From the IMG/VR virus record IMGVR_UViG_3300012201_000001, positions 1 to 60,657 of that record: a stretch of DNA of 60,657 nucleotides, one strand, 5' to 3'. The notes below the pieces were generated by a model, which was given only the letters and a program-made list of their open reading frames with translations, made no database searches and was not told the DNA's origin. Positions 28,319 to 38,303 of the stretch are shown piece after piece; the first letter of the stretch is position 1, and each line of letters opens with the position of its first letter. Both the position numbers and the translations under genes were made by a program. The stretch comes from a virus (lineage: Duplodnaviria > Caudoviricetes).

Positions 28319-28693
28319 TCAGTTGACCAGGGCGGTCGTGCGCGGGTGGTCCTTGAGCAGGTTCCACACGAACTGCGTCTCCCCGTAGACCGTGAGGAAG
28401 GCGACCAGCAGCGTCGCCGAGGACGTGCCGTCCAGCTTCAGCCCCCCGGTCAGGTAGAGCGCGATCGCCGCGATCAGGACCGCCGCCCCGATCGTGATCA
28501 GCTTCATCTGCGGCCCGTCGGCCGGAATCCACTTGTAGACCGTCAGCGGGGCCAGCAGGCCCCAGCCGACCACGAGCGCCCCCGCGACGGTGGCCGCGGT
28601 GGGCGAGCTGGTCGGGGCGTCCGCCGCGACCAGGAGCAGGAGCACGACCGCGCCGAGAAGAACGAGCATGAGTGCAGCCAGCAGTTGCTTCAT
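28319..28693 (-). CDS. Putative holin
   Basis: Multiple hydrophobic segments; adjacent to the endolysin. Confidence 0.6.
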   Translation of the reverse strand: MKQLLAALMLVLLGAVVLLLLVAADAPTSSPTAATVAGALVVGWGLLAPLTVYKWIPADGPQMKLITIGAAVLIAAIALYLTGGLKLDGTSSATLLVAFLTVYGETQFVWNLLKDHPRTTALVN

Positions 28694-28728
28694 GGCGCGA
28701 AGTATGCACCGCCGAGGAGAGCTTCGGC

Positions 28729-28974
28729 TCAGGGTGCGACCTTGCGCCAGGTCTGCCCGTCCACCGCCTCGACGGTCCGGTCTCCCCGCGTCAGGCCGGT
28801 GGTCAGCCTGTTCGCGGCGACGAGCACGATGCTGCCCGCCGCGACCCCCGCCGGGAGCCCCGGGCTCTGCGACAGCAGCGGCGCGAGGGATCCCGCCAGG
28901 AGCGCCGCCGCCGCGTCGGTGTCGCTCAGGCCGGGTACCGTGACGTCGAACGTCAACCTCATCGTGAGAGCCAT
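28729..28974 (-). CDS. Hypothetical protein
   Basis: 81 aa with GAGGAG RBS. Confidence 0.55.
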   Translation of the reverse strand: MALTMRLTFDVTVPGLSDTDAAAALLAGSLAPLLSQSPGLPAGVAAGSIVLVAANRLTTGLTRGDRTVEAVDGQTWRKVAP

Positions 28975-28989
28975 GTCGTCAACTCCTCC

Positions 28990-30579
28990 TCATTGAGTCA
29001 CGGTGACGCGCAAAAAGCCGCCGAAGATTTTGAACGAGTTCTGCCCCTCCTGCTCGATCAGCGCCCGCGCAGTGTAGGTCCCGGCCGCTATCACCGTGTC
29101 AGCCGACCTCCAGCTCTGGGTCTGCCGGATGAGGCCGAACGGCCACTCGATGCGGGGGTTGGCGAGCTGGCCCTGGACGTCGTCCCAGGCGTCGCGGCGG
29201 GGCGCGGCGAGCGTGTTGTCCCACTCCTCCATCTGCGCGTCCATGGCCCCCTCGAGGACGAAGGTCGCCCCCGCCCCGACGACCGTGAACTGGCCGCTGG
29301 CGAGGGTGATGATGCCGTTCTGGGCCGGCCCCGGGTAATCGGAGTCGCGGGCCGGGATCGCCAGGTCGACCACGATCGTCTGCGTCTTCGAGGCCGGCTG
29401 CCCGGCGCCGCCGCCCGTCGGGTTGTACGGGATGCCGAGCGAGTGGGTCTCCAAGATCCGGATCCGGCGGTAGGCGTCGTCGAAGTGGGAGGCGAGGTCG
29501 ATCAGCTTCTCCGCGTCGCGCTCGACCAGCAGGTCCACGACCTCGCCCTTGCCGCGTCGCGGCGGGTTCAGGTTCCAGCCTCGGATCCTCCACAGCGTGG
29601 CGACGTTGCCGCCCCACGGATCGTTGAGCTGGAGGACGGCGTCGTCGCCGAGCCCGTAGGTCCCGAAGGCCGGAGGCTTGGCGCCGGCCACCGAGATCGT
29701 CGCCGCGTCGACCGGCGAGACCGTCCGCGCGGCGCGCTTCTGCGTCCAGGCGAGGAGGGCAGCCGCCTGGCTGACGGCGCGAAAGGACGACGTCCCTTGG
29801 AGCAGCGGGCGGCCGACGTCCAGGGCCTTGACCCGGGAGAGGAGCACGTGCCCCGACCCGTCGTCGCCGATCCCGAACTGCTCGTTGGCGATGTCCGACC
29901 CGTCCTCCCTCCAGTCGTACCTCGCGATCGCCCCGCCGGGCAGGTCCCACGACACGATGCCGCCCCCGCGCGTCCCCATCTGCGGGAAGCCGAAGGCGAG
30001 CCGGTGCCGGAAGGTAGAGCCCGACCAGTAGCCGTCGAGCGAGAACTCGAAGCCCCCCTGCTGGTTGGCGAGCTCCTGCGCCGCCTCCGAGACCGGCTTG
30101 AGGTCCGTGGTCAGGTAGGAGATGGTGCGCGCCGTCCCGGTCGTGAGCGAGGCGTCGGAGGGGAGGTCGACGCGGAGGTCGCCGCCCACCTTCGCCGCCG
30201 CCTGCACCAGGAGGTCCTTGAGGATGAGCCCCTGGTCGACGCCGGCGTAGGTCACGTCCGGGTCCACGTACCGCTTGTCGAAGTAGCACCAGGTCTCCCG
30301 GCCGGAGAGCGTGAGAACCTTCCGGGTCGAGTCGTACTCGCGCCCGGTGATGATGCCCGCGTAGACGACCGCCCCGTCCCGCTCGACCACGACCTCGTAC
30401 GCCCACGTGGTCGTCACGGTCTTCGCATCGAGCGCTGAGGTCGTGAGCTTGCTCAGGGGCAGCTCCGCCTGCCAGGATCCGGCCCCGTTGCGCTCCCTCC
30501 CGAAGTTCGCCTTGACGAGGGGCAGCTCCGCCGCCAGCTTGCCCGTCAGCAGCGAGACGGACTTGTACCGATACGCCAT
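28990..30579 (-). CDS. Minor tail/baseplate hub protein
   Basis: Position after Dit; 'VVERDGAVVYAGIITGR' pattern of Gp37-like tail proteins. Confidence 0.75.
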   Translation of the reverse strand: MAYRYKSVSLLTGKLAAELPLVKANFGRERNGAGSWQAELPLSKLTTSALDAKTVTTTWAYEVVVERDGAVVYAGIITGREYDSTRKVLTLSGRETWCYFDKRYVDPDVTYAGVDQGLILKDLLVQAAAKVGGDLRVDLPSDASLTTGTARTISYLTTDLKPVSEAAQELANQQGGFEFSLDGYWSGSTFRHRLAFGFPQMGTRGGGIVSWDLPGGAIARYDWREDGSDIANEQFGIGDDGSGHVLLSRVKALDVGRPLLQGTSSFRAVSQAAALLAWTQKRAARTVSPVDAATISVAGAKPPAFGTYGLGDDAVLQLNDPWGGNVATLWRIRGWNLNPPRRGKGEVVDLLVERDAEKLIDLASHFDDAYRRIRILETHSLGIPYNPTGGGAGQPASKTQTIVVDLAIPARDSDYPGPAQNGIITLASGQFTVVGAGATFVLEGAMDAQMEEWDNTLAAPRRDAWDDVQGQLANPRIEWPFGLIRQTQSWRSADTVIAAGTYTARALIEQEGQNSFKIFGGFLRVTVTQ

Positions 30580-31692
30580 CTACGGCTGGTAGGGGACGAG
30601 CCCCCAGAGCGCAGCGTGGGAGCCGTTGATGATGTTCCCGGGCGCAAGGAAGAGGTCGAGCCTGGTCACCGGGGTGCCAACCACTCGCGTCTTGCCTCCC
30701 CAGATGCCTTCCTGCTGGGTTCCGGTCGTGTCCGCGCTCATGTAGCCGTAGCGGCTGGTGAGGAGCTTGTTTCCGACCGCTCCCGCGTACATCGCCAGCT
30801 TCGCATCTCCCTGCCCAAAGTAGCCTGCGATAGCGGTGGCAGCAGGAATGACTCCCAGCGAGATACCAGTCGCAGCCAAGGCTTCAGCTGCTGCCACCGC
30901 AGACGCTGCGCCGTTCAGGTTCTGGCTGTCATAGGTTGCGGTGGAAACATTATTCAACCGAGCTCGCAGCTCGGCCGTGACAGCTGAGGAGTCACCGCGC
31001 ATGTACCACTCAATGCCGAGGTTACGGAAGCCAGGTGGGATCAAGTTCGTAGTGCCACCAGTCGAGTTGAGGAAGGTAATCAAGGCTGTCGCTGCCGGAT
31101 AGCGGGAGTCGGTGCCGACCAGGATCTCATCTAGCAACACTGGCTGCGCTCCAGCAGGAGCGCGCCGGTCGGTGATGACTGTTTGCGGAATAGTCGAGGT
31201 CGCGTGGACGATCGAGAGCTGGGCCAGGATCAGCGAGTTGGCCGGCGCGGCGGGCACCGCCGGCGACCCCGACGGCGTGCCGGTCACCATCTCTATCGTC
31301 GGCAGGTCCAGGGAGCCGGAGTAGAACTGGTCCTGGTAGCGTGCGACCGCCAGGTCGATGCGGTCCAGGGTCGCGTGCGCGGGGTTGGGGCCGAGGACGT
31401 TGATGTCCAGCGTCGCGTCGTTGTAGAGGTGATACATGCCCTGCGTCGCCGCCTGCGTTCCGCGCACGAAGCAGGCGCCCGCCACGACGTGCACGAAGCC
31501 GTCCGGGGTCCCGGTCGCGTTGACCTTCAGGTCCTGGCAGGTGCCGCGCGTGTAGACCACGCCCTGCCGGAAGCTGAGCGAGGCGTCGAGCGTCCGGCGG
31601 AACGCCGCCGCGGAGGTGCGCAGCTTGTTCGCCTCCACGTCGGTCGCCGGGCCCTGCGCCATCCACATCTCAGGCGCGACGAGAACGGTCAT
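30580..31692 (-). CDS. Minor tail protein
   Basis: 'RIDLAVARYQD...GTPSGSPAVPAAP...LAQL...ITDRR'; lower-GC C-terminal module. Confidence 0.75.
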   Translation of the reverse strand: MTVLVAPEMWMAQGPATDVEANKLRTSAAAFRRTLDASLSFRQGVVYTRGTCQDLKVNATGTPDGFVHVVAGACFVRGTQAATQGMYHLYNDATLDINVLGPNPAHATLDRIDLAVARYQDQFYSGSLDLPTIEMVTGTPSGSPAVPAAPANSLILAQLSIVHATSTIPQTVITDRRAPAGAQPVLLDEILVGTDSRYPAATALITFLNSTGGTTNLIPPGFRNLGIEWYMRGDSSAVTAELRARLNNVSTATYDSQNLNGAASAVAAAEALAATGISLGVIPAATAIAGYFGQGDAKLAMYAGAVGNKLLTSRYGYMSADTTGTQQEGIWGGKTRVVGTPVTRLDLFLAPGNIINGSHAALWGLVPYQP

Positions 31693-31705
31693 CTAGGCAT
31701 CCTCC

Positions 31706-33148
31706 TCACCACCACGCATCGCGGTAAAGGACCTCAGCTTGCGAGCCCGCGCCAGGTCCGCCGGTTCGGTAGTGGATCGTGTTCGTCCCCGGGGCGAGGC
31801 TCCACCAGGAGGTGGCCGCGTCCAGCGTGTCCGCCCGGTTGGTCGCCCCGTTCAGGAGCACGGAGTGGAGGTCGTGGTCGAGCTCCAGCACGTCCCCGTT
31901 CGCCATGTTGTAGTTGAGGATGATGGACTCGTTGGACTCCACGCGGTCCAGGTAGAGGGGCCCGGTCACCGGCCCGGCGAGCGCCTTGATCCTGCTGACG
32001 GGCTTGCTGACCGCGGTCCCGCCGCTGGCGATCTGCGAGAACCCCGCCGCCCCGCCCCCGCCGCCCACGGCTCCGGCCGTCACCCCCATCAGCGGCGAGG
32101 CCCACGCCTGGACCGCCGACGACAGGTCGCCGCGGACCTCGGTGGTGTAGAAGGTTCGCGCCACCGCCGTCCCCTCGTCGCGCACCGTGACCATGACCTG
32201 GACCGGGCCCGTCGCCCCGGTCACCAGCGTCACGCTGAGCTGCTGCCAGCTTCCCGTCGTGTTCACCACCGCGGCGCTCGAGGCCACGACCGCGTTCGTC
32301 ACGTCGCGCGCGAGGAGCCTGATCGAGCCGCCCGCCGTCGTCAGGTTGACCCAGCAGGTGAACGTGTACGAGGTGCCCGGCAGCAGGTTGGTAAGCGTCG
32401 GCTGGCGGACGCCCTGGTTGGTCGACGCCCCGGAGGTCACGAGCTTGCCCGACGCGCCGGAGACGTGGACCGTGCCCGTGTCCCTGGTCAGCGTCGCCCC
32501 CGCCGCCAGGTCGGTCGCCACCGTCGTCACCCAGCCGCCATCGCTCGCGGCCGCGGAGACAAAGCCGCCGTTCTGAACGATGCGGACCATCGTCGACGGG
32601 ACCCCCGGCAGCGCGGCGGCGTTGGCGACCACGCCCGCGTTGGTGCCCGCCGTCCCGAACGGGATGGTCACGTCCTGCAGCGTGCCCGAGTACATCAGCG
32701 GGTCGAGCGCGGAGAACAGCGCCAGCACCCCCTCCTGCGCCTTGAAGGGGAAGGTGCGGTCGACCTGGAAGCTCAGCCGACGCGGCCGGCCGACGAACAG
32801 CAGCGGCCCGAGGTCGGGGTGGTTCAGCGTCAGCCCGAGGTCGTCCGACGACTCCGCGAAGGCGACCTTGAGCGCCTGCATCAGCACCGCCTTCGCGAGG
32901 CCGCCGAAGGTGTCCGGGTGGACGAGCATGGCGAAGACCAGGTCGCGCTTGGCGGTCGTCTCCACGCCCCCGAACAGCCCGTCTGTCGCCGCCCGCTCCA
33001 CGTCGCCGTCGACGACCGGCGGCAGGTCGAGCCCGTCCACGGTCTGCATCGAGTAGGCCGTGCCCTGGCCGAACACCAGCGAGCGGAGCTGGGCCTGCCA
33101 CGCGCCCGCGGGGACCGGCCAGGACTGCACCCGCGCCGGCAGCGTCAT
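31706..33148 (-). CDS. Distal tail (Dit)-like protein with inserted carbohydrate-binding module
   Basis: Follows TMP; 'GRPRR', 'ALDPLMYS', 'WWSLAPGTNTI'; internal 'NGGF...PGTSYTFTCWV...WQQLSVT'. Confidence 0.75.
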   Translation of the reverse strand: MTLPARVQSWPVPAGAWQAQLRSLVFGQGTAYSMQTVDGLDLPPVVDGDVERAATDGLFGGVETTAKRDLVFAMLVHPDTFGGLAKAVLMQALKVAFAESSDDLGLTLNHPDLGPLLFVGRPRRLSFQVDRTFPFKAQEGVLALFSALDPLMYSGTLQDVTIPFGTAGTNAGVVANAAALPGVPSTMVRIVQNGGFVSAAASDGGWVTTVATDLAAGATLTRDTGTVHVSGASGKLVTSGASTNQGVRQPTLTNLLPGTSYTFTCWVNLTTAGGSIRLLARDVTNAVVASSAAVVNTTGSWQQLSVTLVTGATGPVQVMVTVRDEGTAVARTFYTTEVRGDLSSAVQAWASPLMGVTAGAVGGGGGAAGFSQIASGGTAVSKPVSRIKALAGPVTGPLYLDRVESNESIILNYNMANGDVLELDHDLHSVLLNGATNRADTLDAATSWWSLAPGTNTIHYRTGGPGAGSQAEVLYRDAWW

Positions 33149-35031
33149 CCGAACCTCCGCAGCTTCCGAAGTTCCCAGCCCACGTCGCGGGCGATGTCCT
33201 GCGCGTCGGCGTCGACCTCATTGAAGTGGTTGGTCACGCTCACCTGCGCCGGGGTCGCGGAGTCCGGGCGCGCGCTCAGCGCCGCCATCAGGCGCTCGGA
33301 CACGTCGTTGTTGAGCACCGTCCCCGGCCGGTCGGGGACGTACAGCTCGCGCCCCCGCTCGCCGAACCATGAGGGGACCCCCACGGGCGGTCGCCCGCCG
33401 CCCTGGAACTCCTCCTGAGCGCCGTGCCCGCCCGCGTGCACCCCGGGGGCGCGAGCGCCGGTGATGGTGAGCGTGGTCGTGACGTCGAGCGGGATGTTCT
33501 TCAGGGTGTCGATGTAGCCCTGGAGGTACTTGCGGAGGGCCGAGTCCGGCGCCAGCGCGTTGGTCAGGCGCTGCAGCTCGTCGCGGAAGATCTTCGCCTC
33601 CTGCTGACCGTTCAGCGTCTCGTGGTTCGCGGCCGCCTGGTCGCGGGCCAGCTTGACGGTGGCGATCGCCTCGTCCACGTAAGCCTGCTTGAGGGAGAGC
33701 GCGTCGTCCGTCGCCCGCTGCTGCGCGTCGGAGAGCTGCTGCTGCGCGTCGCGCAGGTCCTTGGCCGCCCTCTGCGCCTGCGCGGAGCCGCCTCCGTACG
33801 CCCGCACCGCGTCGTTGTAGTCCTTCTGCGCAGCCGCCGCCGCGTCCGCCGCGTCCGCGATGTCCTGCTGGTCCTTCGCCCCCTGGTGTTGGGCGTCGGT
33901 GAGGCGATGCTGCGCCTGCTCCATCGCGATCTGCGAGCTGATGAAGGCGAGGTCGGCGTTGTACAGGTCCTCCATCGCCTTGGCTTCGTCCAGCGCCGAC
34001 TGCGCCGCGTCCTTCATCGCCTGCGCCTGGTCCTTGGCCGCGTAGGTCGCCTTCTGCGCGGCCTCGTACTCCTCGCGCAGCGCGTACGCCGCGCGCAGGG
34101 TGCTGACCCGGCTTCCGGCGTGCGCGTCGAGCGTCTTCTGGATGGACTCGTTCAGGTGCTGGTTGACGTAGATGTTCTGTAGCGAGGCCTCGACGTTCGC
34201 CTTCTTCGCCTGCACCACCGGGCCGCCGATGATCGCCGCCAGCTCGTCCTCGCGCTCCTTGAGCTGCGCCTCCTCGCGCTGGTACTGCTTGACGCGCTCG
34301 ATCTCCTCTTGCGTGATCGAGAGGTTGACCGCCTTCCCCAGCGCGGCCAATCCCGCCGCCCCCTGCTCGAGGACGGGGATCAACGCGGTGCCCGAGCGGC
34401 CGAAGGCGGCGAACAGGAGCGCGTTGCGCTGCGCCTGGTCCCCGGTCGACGTGTAGGCCCGGGCGACGTTCTCCAGCGTCGCCATCAGGTCGAGGTTGCC
34501 CTTGGAGTCGCGCTGGGCCTCGACCCCGAACTTCGCCAGCTTCTCCGGCGCGAGCTCCAGGTTCTTCGTCAGCCGGAAAACGGCCAGGCTCGCGTCATCC
34601 GTGTTGACGCCCACGATGTGGAGGACGCCCACCAGCTTCGACGCCTCGGCGGCCGACGCTCCGGACACGCGCTGGAACTTCGTGATCTCGGTGACCAGCC
34701 CCTCGTAGCGCTCCCCGGCGGCGTTGGCGGCCACCGCGATCGCCGTGATCGCGCCCACGGCCGAGAGGCCGACGCCGAACTTCCCCAGCGTGCCGGCGAT
34801 GTTCTGGAGCGCGCCCGCCGCCCGCCCCGCCGGAGGGCTGATCTGCTCGATGTCGTGGATCAGGTTGCCCACCGACTTGCCGAACGCCTGGTTGCCCTCC
34901 GCGGCGTCCTTCATCTGCTTCTTGTGCGCGGCGGAGAACCCCTTCGACTTCGCCTGCGTCTTGTCCAGCGCCGTGTCGTCGATGCGGACCCGGCTGACCA
35001 GGTCGGGCAGCGCGCGCTCGTTGCCTGCCAC
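33145..35031 (-). CDS. Tape measure protein
   Basis: Ala/Gln-rich helical 628 aa; 'FGRSG', C-terminal 'GERGRELYVP'. Confidence 0.85.
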   Translation of the reverse strand: MAGNERALPDLVSRVRIDDTALDKTQAKSKGFSAAHKKQMKDAAEGNQAFGKSVGNLIHDIEQISPPAGRAAGALQNIAGTLGKFGVGLSAVGAITAIAVAANAAGERYEGLVTEITKFQRVSGASAAEASKLVGVLHIVGVNTDDASLAVFRLTKNLELAPEKLAKFGVEAQRDSKGNLDLMATLENVARAYTSTGDQAQRNALLFAAFGRSGTALIPVLEQGAAGLAALGKAVNLSITQEEIERVKQYQREEAQLKEREDELAAIIGGPVVQAKKANVEASLQNIYVNQHLNESIQKTLDAHAGSRVSTLRAAYALREEYEAAQKATYAAKDQAQAMKDAAQSALDEAKAMEDLYNADLAFISSQIAMEQAQHRLTDAQHQGAKDQQDIADAADAAAAAQKDYNDAVRAYGGGSAQAQRAAKDLRDAQQQLSDAQQRATDDALSLKQAYVDEAIATVKLARDQAAANHETLNGQQEAKIFRDELQRLTNALAPDSALRKYLQGYIDTLKNIPLDVTTTLTITGARAPGVHAGGHGAQEEFQGGGRPPVGVPSWFGERGRELYVPDRPGTVLNNDVSERLMAALSARPDSATPAQVSVTNHFNEVDADAQDIARDVGWELRKLRRFG

Positions 35032-35247
35032 CTACGGCATCCTCGCCTGCATCAGGAAGGTCGCCAGGTCGCCCGCGTCCCCGCCGCGGGTGCGCTCGGG
35101 TCGCGGCGGGGCCGGGCGCACGAGCGCGGCGACCTGCGCCAAGGTCAGGCTCCAGAAGTCGCCGGGACGGACTCCGAGCTGGCCGACGACGCTACGGAAG
35201 ATATCTGCCCAGGCGAGCCGTTCGCCGCGCTGGAGGAACCTTTTGGG
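35032..35247 (-). CDS. Tail assembly chaperone, -1 frameshift extension (gpT-like)
   Basis: Slippery C-CCA-AAA at 35247-35241 leads into 'LGVRPGDFWSLTLAQ'. Confidence 0.75.
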   Translation of the reverse strand, partial: PKRFLQRGERLAWADIFRSVVGQLGVRPGDFWSLTLAQVAALVRPAPPRPERTRGGDAGDLATFLMQARMP

Positions 35248-35615
35248 TCGCCCGCGTCTCTCGCCTCGGCGCGCGGCACCGCCTGCTCCCACGCCTCGTC
35301 CAGCGCCGTCACGTATCCCTGCAGGACCCCCCACTGACCGCGCTGGCCCATGACCTGCATGACCAGCGCCTTAACCAGGTCCTTGGTCACCGTGCGGTCG
35401 TGGCGCAGCCCCGCCGCCAGCCCGGCCACGAGGGCCGTCAGCGTCTTGCCCCTGCGGAAGCCGCCGCCGATCCCGTCCAGGTAGTCCAGCAGCGAGCCGC
35501 ACTCCTCCTCGATCTCCAGCAGCGAGTCGAGCGTGAACCGCAGCCGGCGCTCGGTCCCGTCCGCGAGCGTGACCGGCACCCCCGCGGCGCGGAGCTGCAC
35601 TCCCTCTGACGCCAT
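35145..35615 (-). CDS. Tail assembly chaperone (gpG-like)
   Basis: Lies between tail tube and TMP; 'LRFTLDSLLEIEE'. Confidence 0.8.
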   Translation of the reverse strand: MASEGVQLRAAGVPVTLADGTERRLRFTLDSLLEIEEECGSLLDYLDGIGGGFRRGKTLTALVAGLAAGLRHDRTVTKDLVKALVMQVMGQRGQWGVLQGYVTALDEAWEQAVPRAEARDAGDPKGSSSAANGSPGQISSVASSASSESVPATSGA

Positions 35616-35688
35616 TCTCTTCGTCTCTCTCCTTCCTCGGGCTTCGAGGCCGAGCCTTGCCGCCCTGCGCGGGCTTGCTGCTACGGGA

Positions 35689-36249
35689 TCACGGGATCGC
35701 GACCGCCGTCTCGTTAAGGACGATGCTGACCCACGAGCCGTCGGAGATCCGCGGGATGACCGCGGCCTCGAAGGCCGGGATCGTGTAGTCCTCCTCGGTC
35801 AGGCCGAGGGCGGGGAACGAGGCCAGGATCGCCTTCCAGATGACGAAGTGAACGTCGCCCGCCACCGCGTCCGCGCCCACCGCCTGGCCCTCGATCTTGA
35901 AGTAGTTGAGGAGGTCGGTATTCTTCGCCGCCCAGGTCGCGACCTGGTTCGGCGTCGTGCCCGTGTCCGCGACCGCGGTCGTGAAGAAGACGCTCAGCGC
36001 GTCCAGGTTGACCTTGCCGTGCGTGATCGCCACGTGCATCGAGCGCCATACCGCCTGCGCGTCGAGCAGCGTGTTATCCCCGCGCAGCTCCTTGGCGTCG
36101 ATGGTCCCCGTGATCGGCATCGACTTCGCGCCCACGATGTCGACCGAGGTCGCGTTGTAGGTCGCCGTGCCCCCGGCCGGGTCCGTGAGCAGCTTCGTGA
36201 CCTTGATGTCCTTGACCGCGAAGATCTTCGAGACGTGCGAGAGCGCCAT
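35689..36249 (-). CDS. Major tail tube protein
   Basis: Position, size, 'ELRGDN' motif. Confidence 0.8.
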   Translation of the reverse strand: MALSHVSKIFAVKDIKVTKLLTDPAGGTATYNATSVDIVGAKSMPITGTIDAKELRGDNTLLDAQAVWRSMHVAITHGKVNLDALSVFFTTAVADTGTTPNQVATWAAKNTDLLNYFKIEGQAVGADAVAGDVHFVIWKAILASFPALGLTEEDYTIPAFEAAVIPRISDGSWVSIVLNETAVAIP

Positions 36250-36338
36250 CAGCTAGTTCTCCTTCTGCCGGGCTCCGACAGGGTCCGCTCGGTCGACCTG
36301 CGCGGCCATCCGCGCAGATGCTATCAGGCGGGGCCCCG

Positions 36339-36770
36339 CTAGAGGACCCTGTAGATCTCCGCCGTGATCGGGACCCGGACCACGTTGTCCTCGTCCGTGA
36401 CCAGGCGCGGTCCTATCAGCGTCACCAGCGTCCCGTAGACGACCTTGGGCGCGGTCGCCAGCCGCGACCCGATCAGCCGCGCCGCGACCGCCTGTGCCAG
36501 CGTCGTCGACTCCAGGCGGGCCCCGCTCTGCAGGTTGCGGATCGGCATCCAGACCTCGACCTGGATCTGCTCCACCGCCGTCGAGGCCGCCCCGTCCTCC
36601 AGCTTGTCGGGCACCACCGCGATCCCCTCGTGGACGACCACGTACGGGCTCGCGGTCCCGTCCGCCTTGACCAGCCTGGTGTTGACCGGGGCCTTGTCCG
36701 CGTAGACGGTCACCCCCAGGCCCTGCGCCTCCAGGAACGCCTTGATCGCCCCGCTCGTGGTCGCGCTCAA
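36339..36770 (-). CDS. Tail terminator-like protein
   Basis: Synteny; 'VYADKAP...PYVVV...QVEVW'. Confidence 0.7.
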   Translation of the reverse strand: MSATTSGAIKAFLEAQGLGVTVYADKAPVNTRLVKADGTASPYVVVHEGIAVVPDKLEDGAASTAVEQIQVEVWMPIRNLQSGARLESTTLAQAVAARLIGSRLATAPKVVYGTLVTLIGPRLVTDEDNVVRVPITAEIYRVL

Positions 36771-36774
36771 GCCC

Positions 36775-37122
36775 TCAGCGCAGCCTCCGCAGGTAGAGCA
36801 GCGCCGGGCGCATGAACGCGCGCGGCTTCTCCTTCACGGTCCCGAACTCGGTCCAGATCGCGTAGAAGAGGCGGGTGCCGAAGTCGAAGTAGCGCTGCGC
36901 CTTGCCTCCGCCCTCGGCCGGCGGCAGCTCGCCCTCGTTGAGCGTGATCGACTCCCGCAGCGTGCCCGTCCGGAACGGAGCGCGAGCCCGCGCGTACGTG
37001 AGCGCGCGGAGGAGCGCGTCGAGCGTCGACGCGTGGTGGGTCTCGCGGAAGTCAGCCAGCGCCTGCGCGAGGCCCTTGTTGAACGCCGTCGCGTCGACGA
37101 ACATGTCTGGTTCGTTCGCCAT
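36775..37122 (-). CDS. HK97 gp10-like tail completion protein
   Basis: 'APFRTGTLRESI', 'YAIWTEFGT...AFMRPA'. Confidence 0.85.
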   Translation of the reverse strand: MANEPDMFVDATAFNKGLAQALADFRETHHASTLDALLRALTYARARAPFRTGTLRESITLNEGELPPAEGGGKAQRYFDFGTRLFYAIWTEFGTVKEKPRAFMRPALLYLRRLR

Positions 37123-37457
37123 CAGCTCACGGCCTCACCGAGGACGACCTCCTCGCACATGACCTGGAGCGCCTGCCGCGCCTCGTCTGGCGAGAGGATG
37201 CTCTGGACCTGGAAGATCCGGCCCTGGAAGGTCAGCCGCATCCGGTTGTTCAGGTCGCCGCGGTAGCGCATGGTGACGCGGTGCGTGATTTTCTCCTCGA
37301 GCTGGGACGCCTGGAGCGCCTCGCGGCCGAGCAGGGGCGCCACGTGCGCCCACACCGTCGCCACGTCCTGCCAGCTCTCGACCGTGAACCCCTCGGCGTC
37401 GGTCGTGGGCACGATTGCCTGCAGCTTGACCCGGTAGTTGAGCCGGCCGATCCTCAC
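37122..37457 (-). CDS. Head closure protein (SPP1 gp16-like)
   Basis: 'GRLNYRVKLQ...WQDVATVWAHVAPLLGRE...MRYR'. Confidence 0.88.
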   Translation of the reverse strand: MRIGRLNYRVKLQAIVPTTDAEGFTVESWQDVATVWAHVAPLLGREALQASQLEEKITHRVTMRYRGDLNNRMRLTFQGRIFQVQSILSPDEARQALQVMCEEVVLGEAVS

Positions 37458-37467
37458 GGACCGGGCC

Positions 37468-37677
37468 TCAGAAGGGGGTCCCCTGCGGGAGGTCGAGGTC
37501 TACCTGGACCCCCTCGTCGCAGGCGTACGGCAGGTTGTTGATCGTCGTGCCCCCGCAGTCCACGTGGTGGGCGGTCGCGGAGTGGCAAGCGGCGATGAAC
37601 GTGTCCAGCGCGGTCTTGATCGCGGCGTCCTCGGTCGGGGCGGAGTTCGGGATCTTTACGTGGATGAAGGCGGCCAT
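37468..37677 (-). CDS. Small hypothetical protein, paralogue of 40011-40220
   Basis: Aligns with the 40011-40220 product. Confidence 0.65.
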   Translation of the reverse strand: MAAFIHVKIPNSAPTEDAAIKTALDTFIAACHSATAHHVDCGGTTINNLPYACDEGVQVDLDLPQGTPF

Positions 37678-37687
37678 TGGCCGCAGT

Positions 37688-38284
37688 CTAAGCGACCGCG
37701 AACGGCTTGAGCTGCGCGATGATCTCCTCCACGCCCTCGGGCACGATCAGCGCCTGGACGCGCTCCAGGTCCACCGCCTCCCGGTTCTCGTACCAGTGAC
37801 CGCAGAGGAGCTTGATGCCCTGGATCGCGTGCCAGCTCTGGCCGGCCGGGGACCCGGCCACGAACCTGATCACCAGGTTCGCCAGCGGCATCATGGGCAG
37901 GAACGGCCACCAGGTCCCGAACGCGGGCGCGATCCGCGGCGGCTTGGTCGCGCCGTTGAACACGTAGTTGGTCGAGGGCCACGTGACCTGCGCCCCGTCG
38001 CCGCCCGTGTACTTGACGCTGGTGATCGACTGGACCGGCCCCCGGAGGAGCTCGATCGGCTCGTTCACGTAGGGGAACCCGTCCATCGTCTGGTCCCACG
38101 TCTGCGTCATGAAGGCGTAGGCGGCGCGGTCCTCGATCAGCTGCCGCGCCGAGCTGATCATGTCCGCGATCAGGTCGTCGTCGGCGTCGATGTCGACGCG
38201 CAGCCACGCCTTGGCGACCTCGACCGAGATCGGCTCCGCCACCGGGGCCGTGACCAGGGTCAGCCCTGCGCCCATCGCCGCCAA
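37688..38284 (-). CDS. Head-tail connector (gp6-like)
   Basis: 'EPISVEVAKAWLRVD', 'QTW', 'GHWYENRE'. Confidence 0.88.
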   Translation of the reverse strand: MAAMGAGLTLVTAPVAEPISVEVAKAWLRVDIDADDDLIADMISSARQLIEDRAAYAFMTQTWDQTMDGFPYVNEPIELLRGPVQSITSVKYTGGDGAQVTWPSTNYVFNGATKPPRIAPAFGTWWPFLPMMPLANLVIRFVAGSPAGQSWHAIQGIKLLCGHWYENREAVDLERVQALIVPEGVEEIIAQLKPFAVA

Positions 38285-38303
38285 TGGTAGCCCCGCCGCC
38301 TCG

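Noticed and set aside
35032-35615. Programmed -1 frameshift as a novelty
   Set aside because: It is a standard tail-chaperone frameshift, so it is listed as a feature only.
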